DNA of 64,000 nucleotides, from the NCBI GenBank assembly GCA_009695195.1, contig SIBJ01000010.1:145-64144 (forward strand). Reading direction: 5' to 3'. Of this stretch, positions 40,025 through 51,455 are shown one piece after another. A program made the position numbers and the translations under genes. Within the stretch, counting starts at the first letter, position 1; every line of letters begins with the position of its first letter. The notes beneath the pieces are model-generated. The model had not been told where the DNA came from. It worked only from the letters and a program-made list of their open reading frames with translations, and searched no databases. This DNA is from Pedosphaera sp. (GTDB taxonomy: Bacteria > Verrucomicrobiota > Verrucomicrobiia > Limisphaerales > JADLHS01).

Positions 40025-40597
40025 ATGAGTTCATTCTTTGATACCTTGCAAAAAGTCTCTTCCAATTCGGAGGATAAGTTTGAACGGCATTGGTTCGATT
40101 GTCGCAATGTCGCCCAATCTGTTCGAGAAGATTTGGCGAAGTTACTGGGTTTGACACCTGGAGAAGTGAAGTTTGTCCGAGAGGGCGATCTAACTTCTCC
40201 AGGGGAACGCCCGACGGATTCCATTCCAGAGCAGGTAAATGATGCTCTGGATGCCGGGGAGTTTACTCCTGAGGGTTGGTTTCGCTTGGGCGTTGCTTTC
40301 GGCGTTCCTTATAATCTCGAAAGTGATCCGGCATGGGTATTCATCATCCCATTGCAGATCGCCCGTCGTGAAAACACGTTCGTCCTAAAATTAGAAGGTG
40401 CAGGCCGCGATTTTTCTGTTGGAGTTCCACCGAAAATTGACGTGCGCCCGTTCACCGAGTGGTTTTTGTGCGATTTGATAGAAAGGCGAAAGACTAGCTT
40501 TGAAAAATTTATTGCGGGGAGCAGTGTTCGAGAAGCCGGATTTGCCGCAATCATGCGATTAAGAGAGCGGATAGCGAGGGAAGAAGCAGTGGCGTAG
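40025..40597 (+). CDS. hypothetical protein, AT-richer than its flanks
   Basis: 190-aa ORF starting 4 nt after the dnaK stop; no motif recognised. Confidence 0.6.
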   Translation: MSSFFDTLQKVSSNSEDKFERHWFDCRNVAQSVREDLAKLLGLTPGEVKFVREGDLTSPGERPTDSIPEQVNDALDAGEFTPEGWFRLGVAFGVPYNLESDPAWVFIIPLQIARRENTFVLKLEGAGRDFSVGVPPKIDVRPFTEWFLCDLIERRKTSFEKFIAGSSVREAGFAAIMRLRERIAREEAVA

Positions 40598-40677
40598 CTC
40601 GCAACTTTTCCTACGCTTGAGCGGCGGAAGTTTTGAAACCAGAATGAACATGGCGCAGACAAATTTGAGCGGCGAGC

Positions 40678-40893
40678 AATCCCAAAGGGATTGTGTCCTC
40701 CAGCCCAGGGTTGCGAGGAACGAGCTACCCTGGGTCAGCCGAAGAAAATCCCGCCAACCCCAACGGGGTTGCGGCGAGGTTGACCGCGACGATGCCACAA
40801 CCCCGTTGGGGTTGAGAAAATCCCGTTCCCCGTTCACCCAAGGTAGCTCGTTCCTCGCAACCTTGGGCTTTGGGCCGGAATCCCTTTGGGATT
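40678..40893. repeat. 216-bp REPIN/MITE-like nested palindrome
   Basis: AATCCCAAAGGGATT..AGCCCAGGGTTGCGAGGAACGAGCTACCCTGGG..CAACCCCAACGGGGTTG mirrored on the right arm. Confidence 0.85.
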
Positions 40894-40964
40894 CATCCAT
40901 GAGAGGCGGCGATTAGAATTTTCCCGTCCGCTTGGGCGGCGGGATTTGAAACCAGATTAAGAGA

Positions 40965-41492
40965 ATGAAACAGCGGACAACCAAACGAAGCAGCCAGGCG
41001 CGCACCATTGCCGCCGGGCCGCGTCCGCGCGTTTATCTCGATAGCACGATTCCGAGTTATTATTTCGACGAACGCCCGGAAATCTTGAATTACATCCAGG
41101 ACACGCGCCGTTGGTGGGATGAGGAATCGCAGGCGTACGACTTGTGGGTTTCGCAGACGACTTTGCGCGAGCTGTCGAAAGGCAAGCACCCGCACAAGGA
41201 AAAGATTTTGAATCTGGTCGGGAAATTGAGCGTGCTGCCGGAAGACCCGAAGATTTTGGAAATCACGGAGACGTACATCCAGCACAAGTTGATGCCCGCA
41301 CAGTTGGAAGGCGACGCAACCCATCTGGCATACGCCGCATTTTTTGATTTCAAGTATCTGCTGACGTGGAATTGCAATCATCTGGCCAACGCCAACAAAC
41401 GCCGGCACATTGAAGTGATTAACAACTGGCTCGGATTGGCGACACCGTTGATCGTCACGCCGCAAATGCTGGTGAAAGAGGAATGGCCATGA
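40965..41492 (+). CDS. PIN-domain (VapC-like) toxin
   Basis: VYLDSTIPS, SQTTLREL, DATHLAYA, YLLTWNCNHLAN. Confidence 0.88.
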   Translation: MKQRTTKRSSQARTIAAGPRPRVYLDSTIPSYYFDERPEILNYIQDTRRWWDEESQAYDLWVSQTTLRELSKGKHPHKEKILNLVGKLSVLPEDPKILEITETYIQHKLMPAQLEGDATHLAYAAFFDFKYLLTWNCNHLANANKRRHIEVINNWLGLATPLIVTPQMLVKEEWP

Positions 41493-41842
41493 AAAAATAT
41501 CCGGTAGGTCTTGATTACAAATACGCGGCGCAGGCGCGGATGCATGAAGATTGCGGCGGCGACCTAAAACGCTTTTTCCGGCAAACTGGCGGAGCGACGC
41601 GGGAAATCCGACGACGCTACGGCATCAAGTTTCACGTCGCCGCTCCAGCGGGTTGGACCGCGCCGAAGGTGAAACGAATCATGCCTGGCGAGAATGATCC
41701 GATCATTGCGGAAGTTCGCCGCGTGCGGCACAAGATTTCCGCCGAGCACGGTCACGATACGGCACGGCTGGCGAAGCATTATCAAGAAATGGAAAAAGAA
41801 TTGCGCAAGACCGGCAAATACAAGTTTGCCGCCGTAAAATAA
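41489..41842 (+). CDS. small partner protein (putative antitoxin)
   Basis: overlaps the PIN stop (ATGA); [18 protein letters not shown] motif typical of PIN neighbours. Confidence 0.6.
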   Translation: MKKYPVGLDYKYAAQARMHEDCGGDLKRFFRQTGGATREIRRRYGIKFHVAAPAGWTAPKVKRIMPGENDPIIAEVRRVRHKISAEHGHDTARLAKHYQEMEKELRKTGKYKFAAVK

Positions 41843-41909
41843 AATTTTCCCACCGCTTGGGCGGCGGGATTTGATTACATCAAACAACAAAAAACCAAAC
41901 AGAAAAACT

Positions 41910-42203
41910 ATGGCACTGAACATCAAACCCCTCGGAGACCGTCTCCTCGTTGAGCCGATTGAAGAGAAGGAAACCAAAAAAGGCGGCATCATCATTCCCG
42001 ATTCCGCCAAGGAAAAGCCCCAGGAAGGCATCATCGTCGCGCTCGGCACCGGCAAGACCAATGATGACGGCAAAAAAATCGCCTTTGAGGTCAAGAAGGG
42101 CGACCGCGTCCTTGTCTCCAAATACGGCGGCACGGAAATCAAACTCGACGGCAAGGAGTACAAGATTTTCAGCTCCGACGACCTGCTGGCAATCATTGCT
42201 TAA
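41910..42203 (+). CDS. groES: co-chaperonin GroES
   Basis: [32 protein letters not shown]. Confidence 0.98.
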   Translation: MALNIKPLGDRLLVEPIEEKETKKGGIIIPDSAKEKPQEGIIVALGTGKTNDDGKKIAFEVKKGDRVLVSKYGGTEIKLDGKEYKIFSSDDLLAIIA

Positions 42204-42241
42204 CTCTCAACACTCAACACTCAACTAAAGACTAAAAAATT

Positions 42242-43882
42242 ATGGCAGCTAAACAACTATTGTTCGACGAAGCCGCACGGCAGGCAATCCTGCGCGGCGT
42301 GAGCAAACTCACGCGCGCCGTCGTCGCCACCCTCGGCCCGAAAGGCCGCAACGTCGTTCTCGACAAAAAATACGGCTCACCCACCGTCACCAAGGACGGC
42401 GTGACGGTCGCGAAGGAAATTGAACTCGAAGACCCGTACGAAAACATGGGCGCGCAAATGGTCCGCGAAGTCGCCAGCAAAACCAGCGACAACGCGGGCG
42501 ACGGCACGACCACCGCGACGGTTCTGGCGGAGTCCATCTATCGCGAAGGCCTGAAGTTCGTCACCTCCGGTGCGAACCCCATCGGCATTCAACGCGGCAT
42601 CAACAAGGCCGTCGAAGCCGCGGTCGCGCACCTCGACAAGATCTCCAAGAAGGTCAAGGACAAGGAAGAGATCAAGCAGGTCGCGACCGTGTCCGCCAAC
42701 TGGGACGAAACCATCGGCGAGATCATCGCTGACGCGATGGACAAGGTCGGCAAGGACGGCACCATCACCGTCGAAGAGGCCAAGTCCATTGACACCACGC
42801 TCGACGTTGTCGAAGGCATGCAGTTCGACAAGGGCTATCTCTCGCCCTACTTCGTCACGAACGCCGAGACGATGGAATGCAAACTCGAGGACGCCTACAT
42901 CCTCAATTACGAAAAGAAGATCAGCTCGCTGAAGGACCTGCTCCCGATCCTCGAAAAGGTCGCGAAGCTCGGCAAGCCGCTGCTCATCATCGCCGAAGAC
43001 GTCGAAGGTGAAGCCCTCGCGACGCTCGTCGTGAACAAGCTCCGCGGCACGATCAACGTTTGCGCCGTGAAAGCCCCCGGCTTCGGTGATCGCCGCAAGT
43101 CCATGTGCGAAGACATTGCCATCCTCACGGGCGGCAAGTTCATCAGCGAAGACCTCGGCGTGAAGCTCGAAAGCATCGGCCTCGAAGACCTCGGCCGCGG
43201 CAAGAGCATCGTGATTGACAAGGAAAACTGCACCATCGTCGAAGGCAACGGCAAGTCCTCCGAGATTCAGGGCCGCGTGAATCAAATCCGCCGCCAGATC
43301 GAAGAGACGACCAGCGACTACGACAAGGAAAAATTGCAGGAACGTCTGGCGAAGCTCGCCGGTGGCGTGGCCGTCATCAACGTCGGCGCTGCGACCGAAT
43401 CCGAGATGAAGGAAAAGAAAGCCCGTGTCGAAGACGCGTTGCACGCGACCCGTGCCGCCGTCGAAGAAGGCATCGTGGCTGGCGGTGGTGTGGCGCTCAT
43501 CCGCTGCATCGAAGCCATCGAAGCCGTCAAAGGCTCGAACGACGATGAAGCCATCGGCGTCAGCATCGTGAAACGCGCGGTTGAATCCCCGCTCCGCGCA
43601 CTCGCCGCAAACGGCGGCGTGGAAGGCAGCGTTATCGTGGAAGCCGTCAAGAAGTCCAAGGGCAACCAAGGTTACAACGTCGCCACGGGCGAGTTCGAAG
43701 ACCTCGTGAAAGCCGGCGTGGTTGATCCCAAGAAGGTCACCCGCTCCGCGCTGCAAAACGCCGCGAGCATCGCCGGTCTGTTGCTCACGACCGAATGCCT
43801 CGTGACCGAAATCCCGGAGAAGGACAAGAAAGCTCCGGCGGGCCACGGCCCTGAAGGCATGGGCGGCGGCATGGATTACTAA
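42242..43882 (+). CDS. groEL: chaperonin GroEL
   Basis: [20 protein letters not shown], ends GMGGGMDY. Confidence 0.98.
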   Translation: MAAKQLLFDEAARQAILRGVSKLTRAVVATLGPKGRNVVLDKKYGSPTVTKDGVTVAKEIELEDPYENMGAQMVREVASKTSDNAGDGTTTATVLAESIYREGLKFVTSGANPIGIQRGINKAVEAAVAHLDKISKKVKDKEEIKQVATVSANWDETIGEIIADAMDKVGKDGTITVEEAKSIDTTLDVVEGMQFDKGYLSPYFVTNAETMECKLEDAYILNYEKKISSLKDLLPILEKVAKLGKPLLIIAEDVEGEALATLVVNKLRGTINVCAVKAPGFGDRRKSMCEDIAILTGGKFISEDLGVKLESIGLEDLGRGKSIVIDKENCTIVEGNGKSSEIQGRVNQIRRQIEETTSDYDKEKLQERLAKLAGGVAVINVGAATESEMKEKKARVEDALHATRAAVEEGIVAGGGVALIRCIEAIEAVKGSNDDEAIGVSIVKRAVESPLRALAANGGVEGSVIVEAVKKSKGNQGYNVATGEFEDLVKAGVVDPKKVTRSALQNAASIAGLLLTTECLVTEIPEKDKKAPAGHGPEGMGGGMDY

Positions 43883-43911
43883 GACGCCAAGTTCGGAGGA
43901 ACCGAAAACAG

Positions 43912-43944
43912 AAGCGCGGCTGGGAAACCAGCCGCGCTTTTTTT
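43912..43944 (+). terminator. intrinsic terminator after groEL
   Basis: AAGCGCGGCTGG-GAAA-CCAGCCGCGCTT followed by a T run. Confidence 0.85.
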
Positions 43945-43960
43945 AGGGAGCAATCTCAAC

Positions 43961-46075
43961 TTACGGCAGGCGGTGCAGGCGGTAGTATCGCATCGGCCGG
44001 TTGTTCGTTTCGGTGAGTTGATACTCGCTGCCAACGATGACCGGTAACGCGACAACGTTGGACCAGAGCGTGGCCGAGAGGAAATTGGAATTGAACTCCA
44101 ACCCATAATTCGTCAGCGCCGCGCTCCATGAGATGCGCACGCCGGTGGCGCCTGAACGTTTCACGGAGAGGATGGGCAGCGGCTGCACGAGCGTGGTGTT
44201 GGTCGTGGAATTATTCGCCGGCGCCGGGTCGGTGTAGAGGCTCGCGACGGTGGCGATGTTGGTGATGGTGCCGACATCTTGCGGCACGACGGTGAGCGTC
44301 ACGATCGCGTTAGCGCCGGAGTTGATCTGACCGAGGCTGCCGGTGATGGGAGAAGTGTTGGTGATCAACGTCCCTTGCGAAGTCGTGGCCGCGACGAGGA
44401 GCGCGGGGCCGATCAACGTGTCCGTCAACGTCACGCCGGGCGCGGCGAACGGGCCGCTGTTGGCGATGGTGATGGTGTAAACCAGATTGCTGCCGACCAG
44501 CACCGGGTCCGGCGAGTCGCTCACGGTCACGGACAAGTTCGCGGCGTAATCGAGCACGAAGTTCGACGCGCTGTTGGTGGTGCCCGCCGGAGCGACGACG
44601 GTGATGGGGCCGGTGCTCGCGCCGGCTTGAACCACCGCGCCGATCGTCGTGTTGTTCGTCACGGTGAAACTGGCGGCGTTGGTGCCGTTGAAGCGCACCG
44701 CGCTGGCGCCGAGAAAATTCAATCCGCTGATCGTGACGTTCGTTCCGGGCAGGCCGTGCGTGGGATTGAAGCTGCTGATGCTGGGCGCGCCGTAGAAATT
44801 CGCCGCGCTGTTCGCCGTGCCGGCGGGCGCGGTGAGGCTGATCGGGCCGGAGGTCACGCCGGCGGGAACGACCGCCCCGAGCGAAATGTTGTTGCTGATG
44901 TAAAACGCGGCGGCGGGCGTGCCGTTGAACGAGACGGCGCTGGCGTTGAGGAAATTGACGCCGCTGATCACGACGAGAGTTCCAGGCGCGCTGTTGGTGG
45001 GTGTGAAGCTGGTGATGCCCGGTGGCAAAAAGAAATTGGTCGCGCTCGTCGCGGTGCCGTCCGTGGTCGTGACGCTGATGGGGCCGTTGGTCGCGCCCGC
45101 GGGCACAACGGCGGTAAGTTGACCAGACGTGATACCCGTCGGGGTGGCGGCGGCGATATTGCCGAACTTCACGGTCGGTGTGCCGATGAAGTTCGCGCCG
45201 CTGACGGTGACGCTCGTGCCCACCGGCCCGAAGCCGGGCGTGAAACCGGTGACCGTCGGTTGCACAACGAAGTTGCCGCTGCTGAAAGCCGAACCAGCCG
45301 GCGTGATGACGCGAATCAATCCCGTGGTCGCACCGGCGGGAACCATCGCCGAAACCGCGCCGTTGCTCAGCACACTGAAACTGGTCGCGTCTTGGTTGTT
45401 GAAGAAGCGCACGGCGGTCGCGCCGAGGAAATTCGCGCCAGTGATGGTGACGTTGGTACCACTGCGCCCCGCAGCGGGCGAAAATCCTGTGACGACCGGC
45501 GGGACAAAAAAGTTTGTGACGGTGGTGTAGCTGCCGAGCGTGGTCGTCACCGAAATCGGGCCGGTGGTGACGCCGGCGGGGGCGGTCACCGAAATCTGTG
45601 TCGGCGACGCGGCGCTTGCACCGGGCACGTTCACGCCGTTGAAGGTCACGGTCAGCGGATTGCTGAAATGCGCGCCGTTGATCGTCACCGGCGCGCCCGC
45701 GCCGCCGGTGGCGGGTGTGAAACCGGTGATGTACGGGCCGGGGCCGATCACAGTGAAATCCTGCCCGCTGTAAGCCGGGATGCCGTCAACCGAAACAAAA
45801 ATCGGCCCCACGCCGGTGGGAGCGCCCGCGGGCACGTGTGCTTGAATCTCCGTCCCGTTTGCCAACGTCGCGCCCGCGGTGGGGTCGGTGACGCCGTTGA
45901 ATTTTACGACGAGGGTGCCGGGATAAAATCCGCTGCCATGGATCGTGATGAAGCCGGGGTCGCTCGCCGAGCCGAACACCGGAGTGAAGGAACTGATGGC
46001 TGGGCCACCCAATAGCCGGCCTGCGCTGAGTGACAGCAGGACAGCCCAGGCGGCCAAAAACTTTTTTAACTTCAT
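43961..46075 (-). CDS. secreted IPT/TIG-repeat protein with DUF11-like and C-terminal FYR domains
   Basis: six PxI/VxxFxP..GxxVTIxGxxF..VxFNG..GPI repeats; DSPDPVLVG..YTIT..N; ends RYYRLHRLP. Confidence 0.85.
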   Translation of the reverse strand: MKLKKFLAAWAVLLSLSAGRLLGGPAISSFTPVFGSASDPGFITIHGSGFYPGTLVVKFNGVTDPTAGATLANGTEIQAHVPAGAPTGVGPIFVSVDGIPAYSGQDFTVIGPGPYITGFTPATGGAGAPVTINGAHFSNPLTVTFNGVNVPGASAASPTQISVTAPAGVTTGPISVTTTLGSYTTVTNFFVPPVVTGFSPAAGRSGTNVTITGANFLGATAVRFFNNQDATSFSVLSNGAVSAMVPAGATTGLIRVITPAGSAFSSGNFVVQPTVTGFTPGFGPVGTSVTVSGANFIGTPTVKFGNIAAATPTGITSGQLTAVVPAGATNGPISVTTTDGTATSATNFFLPPGITSFTPTNSAPGTLVVISGVNFLNASAVSFNGTPAAAFYISNNISLGAVVPAGVTSGPISLTAPAGTANSAANFYGAPSISSFNPTHGLPGTNVTISGLNFLGASAVRFNGTNAASFTVTNNTTIGAVVQAGASTGPITVVAPAGTTNSASNFVLDYAANLSVTVSDSPDPVLVGSNLVYTITIANSGPFAAPGVTLTDTLIGPALLVAATTSQGTLITNTSPITGSLGQINSGANAIVTLTVVPQDVGTITNIATVASLYTDPAPANNSTTNTTLVQPLPILSVKRSGATGVRISWSAALTNYGLEFNSNFLSATLWSNVVALPVIVGSEYQLTETNNRPMRYYRLHRLP

Positions 46076-46205
46076 GACTTCGTGCGACTGGCCGGCCGGG
46101 TTCCGGGCGCGGCGACGGTTTTTCACCGTCGAACCTGCCATCGCGGTGTTGAGTGATAACCCGGATGCGACAGCAAATCAATTGCGTAATCCGATGCGGA
46201 GCGGG

Positions 46206-46304
46206 GCGCGGACTTCAGTCCGCTTCAACCTCCGAACTCGTGGGGTGTCCGAGAACTCCGGCGCCGGCAGGCGGTCGTGAATTGAAGCGGACTGAAGTCC
46301 GCGC
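46206..46304. repeat. REP-like palindrome
   Basis: GCGCGGACTTCAGTCCGCTTCAA ... TTGAAGCGGACTGAAGTCCGCGC. Confidence 0.8.
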
Positions 46305-46312
46305 GCCGAACC

Positions 46313-47276
46313 TCACTGCGCGGTGCGATAAAAGCGGGCGGGCGCGTTGGTGGCGCTGGAATCGGCGAGCGTGGCCGTGCCGGTGGGCGTGTTCACGGTG
46401 CGGATGGGAAACCAGTTTGAGAAATTGGACGCCGCCTGAATTTCATACGTGCCCGGTGCGCCGGTGAGTTGGAGCGACGGAATCTTGTTCGTCACGCCGG
46501 AGAGCTCCAGTTGCGTCGCGGGCGCGGGACAGGTTGAGCGCGCGGACGAATTCGACTTCGTTCGTCCAATACGACGGCAGCGTATCCCACGGGTTCGTAC
46601 CTTTGTCGTTGGTGATGTAAATCCAGCCAGCGTTGCGGCTCACGGCGAGGTTCACGTAATTCGTCATCGTGGTCGCGTCCGTCACGTTGTACGGCAGGTG
46701 GCAGAAGTGGCGTGCGAGATGATTCGTCACCCACGCGTCCGGCGTGTAGCTCGCGTAGCCCGTGTACCCCTCGAACGTGACGACCACGTCGGCGACCGGC
46801 GGTGCGAGATAGGACTCGAGCGTGTTGATGCCGGGATTGCAAACCACCAGCGCGTTGGTGGATTTGCTTTTGATGTATTGGTAAAGCGCCGCGTAGTAAT
46901 TCAGATGGTTCGTGTTCGCGTCGTTCGTCACTTCATCGAGAAAAATGCCGTCCATCGCGTAGAACGAATAGTAACGATCAATATCCGTCCGCACGGCGTT
47001 CGTCGCACGCGCGCCGTAGGAAGTGTAAACGTAGCCGATGACCTTGCCGCCGGCGGCGCGGAGCGAGTTCACGGCGGCGACGTAATCCGGGTTTTGCGTC
47101 GTGTCCGGCCCGCTATTCGGGTTCAGGATGGCGATGAGCGGCGCGCGCGTGGCGGCGTAGTTCATCGAGGTCCAAAGCGATCCGGGATAGAAATAGGCGG
47201 GCACGAGGAAGCCGAGCGGCGCTGCGTGCGCGGCGGCCAGCGACGCAACGAGCGTGAGGATGATCCGGAACTTCAT
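46313..47276 (-). pseudogene. spherulin-4/GH135-like secreted protein, frameshifted just before its C-terminal FYR domain
   Basis: VPAYFYP, NPNSGP, GYVYTSY, DGIFLDE, NPG, VTFEG, NPWDTLPSYW; removing one G at 46526-46528 fuses it to the 46313-46495 ORF. Confidence 0.7.
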
Positions 47277-47344
47277 GCCGCAGTAATTAAACCACGAAGG
47301 ACGCGGATTGCGCGGATTTTTTGCGAGAGCTTCCGCAGGAAATG

Positions 47345-47375
47345 AAAAACGGCGACCCGCTGCCGGGTCGCCGTT
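47345..47375 (-). terminator. intrinsic terminator after gap
   Basis: AACGGCGACCCG..CGGGTCGCCGTT stem with T run on the minus strand. Confidence 0.8.
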
Positions 47376-47399
47376 CGAGAAACTTTGGTGGACGAAAGC

Positions 47400-48464
<1,065 letters not shown>

Positions 48465-48569
48465 TTAATTCCGACTGGGTAAAATCCAGGCGCAGGCATG
48501 GTAACGGCGCGGCGGTTCGGGTCAACGAAGAATTGGCCCGCCGCTTTCACCGAAAGTCCGACGGGGCGG

Positions 48570-48608
48570 AAAAGAAAACCGCCGGCGGAAAAATCCGCCG
48601 GCGGTTTC
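48570..48608 (-). terminator. intrinsic terminator after pilC-like gene
   Basis: AAACCGCCGGCGGA..TCCGCCGGCGGTTT stem plus T run on the minus strand. Confidence 0.75.
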
Positions 48609-48641
48609 GTGAGCCGGGGCGTTTGTCGCGCCGGCGCCGGA

Positions 48642-49853
48642 CTATTTTTTGGCGTTGATGATGTCCGCCATTTTGAAGATGGGCAGGAACATGCAGATCA
48701 CCATGCCGCCGACCACGACGCCAAGGAATACGATCAAGATAGGTTCGATGAGCGAGGTGAGGCCGGACAAGGTGGTTTCGATTTCTTCGTCGAGGAAGTC
48801 GGAGATGCGTTCGAGCATGTTGTCAATTTTGCCGGTCTGCTCGCCGGCGGTGATCATGCGGAGGATCATGTTGGGGAAGATGGGGTGCTTGCCGAGGGCG
48901 GCGGAAATGCTTTCGCCGCGCTCGATGTCTCCGGCCGCGACCTTGATGGCTTTCTCCATGACGACGTTGCCGACGGTTTGGGAAACAATTTGCAGCACTT
49001 CGAGGATCGGAACGCCGCTGCGAACCAGCGACGCCAGCGTGCGGGTGAAACGCGCGAGGCAGATCTTGTGGGCGATGGTGCCGAAGATCGGGAGTTTGAT
49101 GCGCCGGGAATCCCAGAACTCCCGACCGGTCTTGGTCTTGATGAAGTAGATCCACCCGTAAACGCCGCCGCCGCCGCCGAGGATGACCAGGAGGATGTAA
49201 TGCTGCACGAAATTGCTGAGGGTGATGAGGAATTGCGTCGGCCCGGGCAGTTCGGCGCCGAAACCCGAGTAAACCTCGCCGAAGACCGGAACAACTTTCA
49301 CCAGCAAAAAGATGGTGATAAGAATCGCGACAATCGTGACCACGATCGGATACATGAGCGCGGACTTTACCTTTTTACGGAGGCGAGCCGTGTTTTCAAG
49401 ATAGAGCGCCAGGCGGGCGAGAATCTCCGCGAGCAAGCCTCCCTTTTCACCAGCGGAAACCATCGAAACGTAAAGGCGCGAAAAAGCCTTCGGGTGTTTT
49501 GACAGCGCTTCCGAAAAACTGTCGCCGCCTTCGACCCGGGTACAAACATCGCGAATGACATCGCGCATGACTTTGTTGGTGGTTTGCTCGGCCAACGCCT
49601 GGAGTGATTGCACCATCGCCAAGCCCGCATCAATCATGGTCGCCAATTGCCGCGTGAAGATGACGAGGTCCGCCAGGCCCACGCTGCCGCCGCCGGTACG
49701 ACCTTTCTTGCCAACCTTCTCCTGAATGGAAACGACCAGGAGATTTCGGTTCAGCAGGGCGGCGATCGCCGCCTGCTCGGTGGCGGCTTCCACGGTGCTG
49801 CGAATTTCCCGTCCGGTCCCGGTTTCCCGCGCTACATAAACGTATGAGGCCAT
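48642..49853 (-). CDS. pilC: type IV pilus/T2SS inner-membrane platform protein (PilC/GspF)
   Basis: FTRQLATMIDAG, AGEKGG, KSALMYP, GEQTG, LIEP, FLPIF. Confidence 0.9.
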   Translation of the reverse strand: MASYVYVARETGTGREIRSTVEAATEQAAIAALLNRNLLVVSIQEKVGKKGRTGGGSVGLADLVIFTRQLATMIDAGLAMVQSLQALAEQTTNKVMRDVIRDVCTRVEGGDSFSEALSKHPKAFSRLYVSMVSAGEKGGLLAEILARLALYLENTARLRKKVKSALMYPIVVTIVAILITIFLLVKVVPVFGEVYSGFGAELPGPTQFLITLSNFVQHYILLVILGGGGGVYGWIYFIKTKTGREFWDSRRIKLPIFGTIAHKICLARFTRTLASLVRSGVPILEVLQIVSQTVGNVVMEKAIKVAAGDIERGESISAALGKHPIFPNMILRMITAGEQTGKIDNMLERISDFLDEEIETTLSGLTSLIEPILIVFLGVVVGGMVICMFLPIFKMADIINAKK

Positions 49854-50189
49854 AGCTGCTTTGTTTGATATCCTGTTAGTGACTAAACTTCAAGCCCAAG
49901 GTCCACGACCCGGGCTGAAGGAACTTCGTTTGAAAGTAAGCAGCAGCTATTCCATCAAGCGGGCGGTGGTCTATTTGCCTGTCACGCGTTGATTCGATCG
50001 TCGAATTCCTCGTTGTTTCCACCGCGTGTGTGCTTAGAGGACTCCTGTTTCGTTGGTGCGATGCCCTCAAATGATGTGAGAAAAAGCCTGTACCTGCTTA
50101 GGCGATAATTGGTTGCAATGGCTTCCGGAGTAATCGTTTGAAAAAAAGTGTTGTCAAATGTCCACATTTCGCCAATTATGTCCAGCAAT

Positions 50190-50206
50190 TGCACCAACGT
50201 GGTGCC
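50190..50206. promoter_or_regulatory. NtrC-like binding site
   Basis: TGCACC-AACGT-GGTGCC versus TGCACC-N5-GGTGCA; ~85 nt upstream of the porin. Confidence 0.45.
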
Positions 50207-50288
50207 GGGGCAAACCGGTTTTGCCTCACAAAAATGCATAAAGTGAAGTGTAGTGCACAACAATACAAACCAACATCGGAGGAACCAA

Positions 50289-51437
50289 ATGAAGTTTAAT
50301 AAATGGACCTTAGGCCTGGCCGCTGTCGGAGTGGTTAGCCTCGCGTCGGCGGTCAAAGCCGAGGAAAAGTTGAGTGCCGTTCAATCAGCCCTGTCTTCGA
50401 CCACCATCAGTGGTTATGTGGACACCTCGCTTGAATGGACCATTGCGCCAAATGAAGAATCCACCGGCGTCATGACGCTCATCCCCTTCCGGGGACAGAA
50501 CAAACAGGACGGATTCAACCTCAACGTCGTCAAGCTGTCGTTCGAGAAACCCTTGGAAGAGGGCGAATGGGCTTCAGGCTACAAGCTTGACTTGCTCGCC
50601 GGACCTGACGCCGTGGGTTACAACGCGTCTGCAAACTCAGCCGGAACATCCGACTTCGGCATCAAGCAGGCGTACATCGCCCTGCGCACGCCGATCGGCA
50701 ATGGTCTCGACTGGAAGGTTGGCGTATTCGACACGATCATCGGTTATGAATCGTTTGAATCCGGCAACAACCCCAACTTCACGCGCTCATGGGGCTGGGC
50801 GGCGGAACCGACGCAGCACACGGGCGTGCTTGCTTCCTACAAGTTCAATGAAAACGTGGCGGCCACGTTCGGTATCGCGAACACCCTCTCGGCGGGAATT
50901 AACAACCGCAACACCGAGTTGACCCAGAACCACTCGTTCGGGCGCAAGACTTGGATGGCGTCACTCTCGTTGACCGCCCCCGAAAGCATGGGAGCCCTTA
51001 AAGGCTCAACCCTGTATTTCGGAATCGTTGACGGATTTGCGGGATCTCCCGCCGCATCTCCTTCGGGTTCTACTGAAGACCAGCTCAACCTGTATGTCGG
51101 CGCAACGGTTGCCACCCCCGTGAAGGGCCTCAAAGTTGGCGCCGCGCTTGACTACGTTGAGAACTTCGGCGGAGTGGACGGTCGCCAAATCTGGGTTGCG
51201 GGCGTTTACGCTTCCTTCCAGGCGACTGAGAAGTTGAGCCTTCACGCTCGTGGCGAATACGGCGAATTCGACAATCTCGCCAGCGGCTACAGCCTCACAG
51301 GCACGCTCCAATACGACCTGTGGGCCAACGTCATCAGCCGACTCGAACTGCGCTGGGACGAAGCTGACGTAACGGGTGCTTCGAACAACTTCGAACGCCA
51401 CCTCGGCTTCTACGCGAACCTCATCTACAAGTTCTAA
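50289..51437 (+). CDS. outer-membrane beta-barrel porin (BBP2/DUF1597-like)
   Basis: signal peptide, SGYVDT, KQAY, FDTIIGYE, PTQHTG, RLELRWD, C-terminal YKF. Confidence 0.85.
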   Translation: MKFNKWTLGLAAVGVVSLASAVKAEEKLSAVQSALSSTTISGYVDTSLEWTIAPNEESTGVMTLIPFRGQNKQDGFNLNVVKLSFEKPLEEGEWASGYKLDLLAGPDAVGYNASANSAGTSDFGIKQAYIALRTPIGNGLDWKVGVFDTIIGYESFESGNNPNFTRSWGWAAEPTQHTGVLASYKFNENVAATFGIANTLSAGINNRNTELTQNHSFGRKTWMASLSLTAPESMGALKGSTLYFGIVDGFAGSPAASPSGSTEDQLNLYVGATVATPVKGLKVGAALDYVENFGGVDGRQIWVAGVYASFQATEKLSLHARGEYGEFDNLASGYSLTGTLQYDLWANVISRLELRWDEADVTGASNNFERHLGFYANLIYKF

Positions 51438-51455
51438 GGCTTAACGCCTGATCTC

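Noticed and set aside
40559-40916. Short ORFs on both strands across the REPIN
   Set aside because: The mirror-image peptides (VARNELPWV, TQGSSFLATLG) are products of the palindrome itself.
37793-42241. CIRCE/HrcA operator before dnaK or groES
   Set aside because: TTAGCACTC-N9-GAGTGCTAA was not found by eye.
38845-43846. Long antisense ORFs opposite dnaK and groEL (and opposite gap, GH57, the SSS transporter, etc.)
   Set aside because: Expected shadows of strongly GC3-biased genes; no recognisable motifs.
50207-50226. sigma54 promoter or c-di-GMP riboswitch at GGCAAACCGGTTTTGCC
   Set aside because: GG-to-GC spacing is 12 rather than 10, and the riboswitch P2/GNRA elements are absent.
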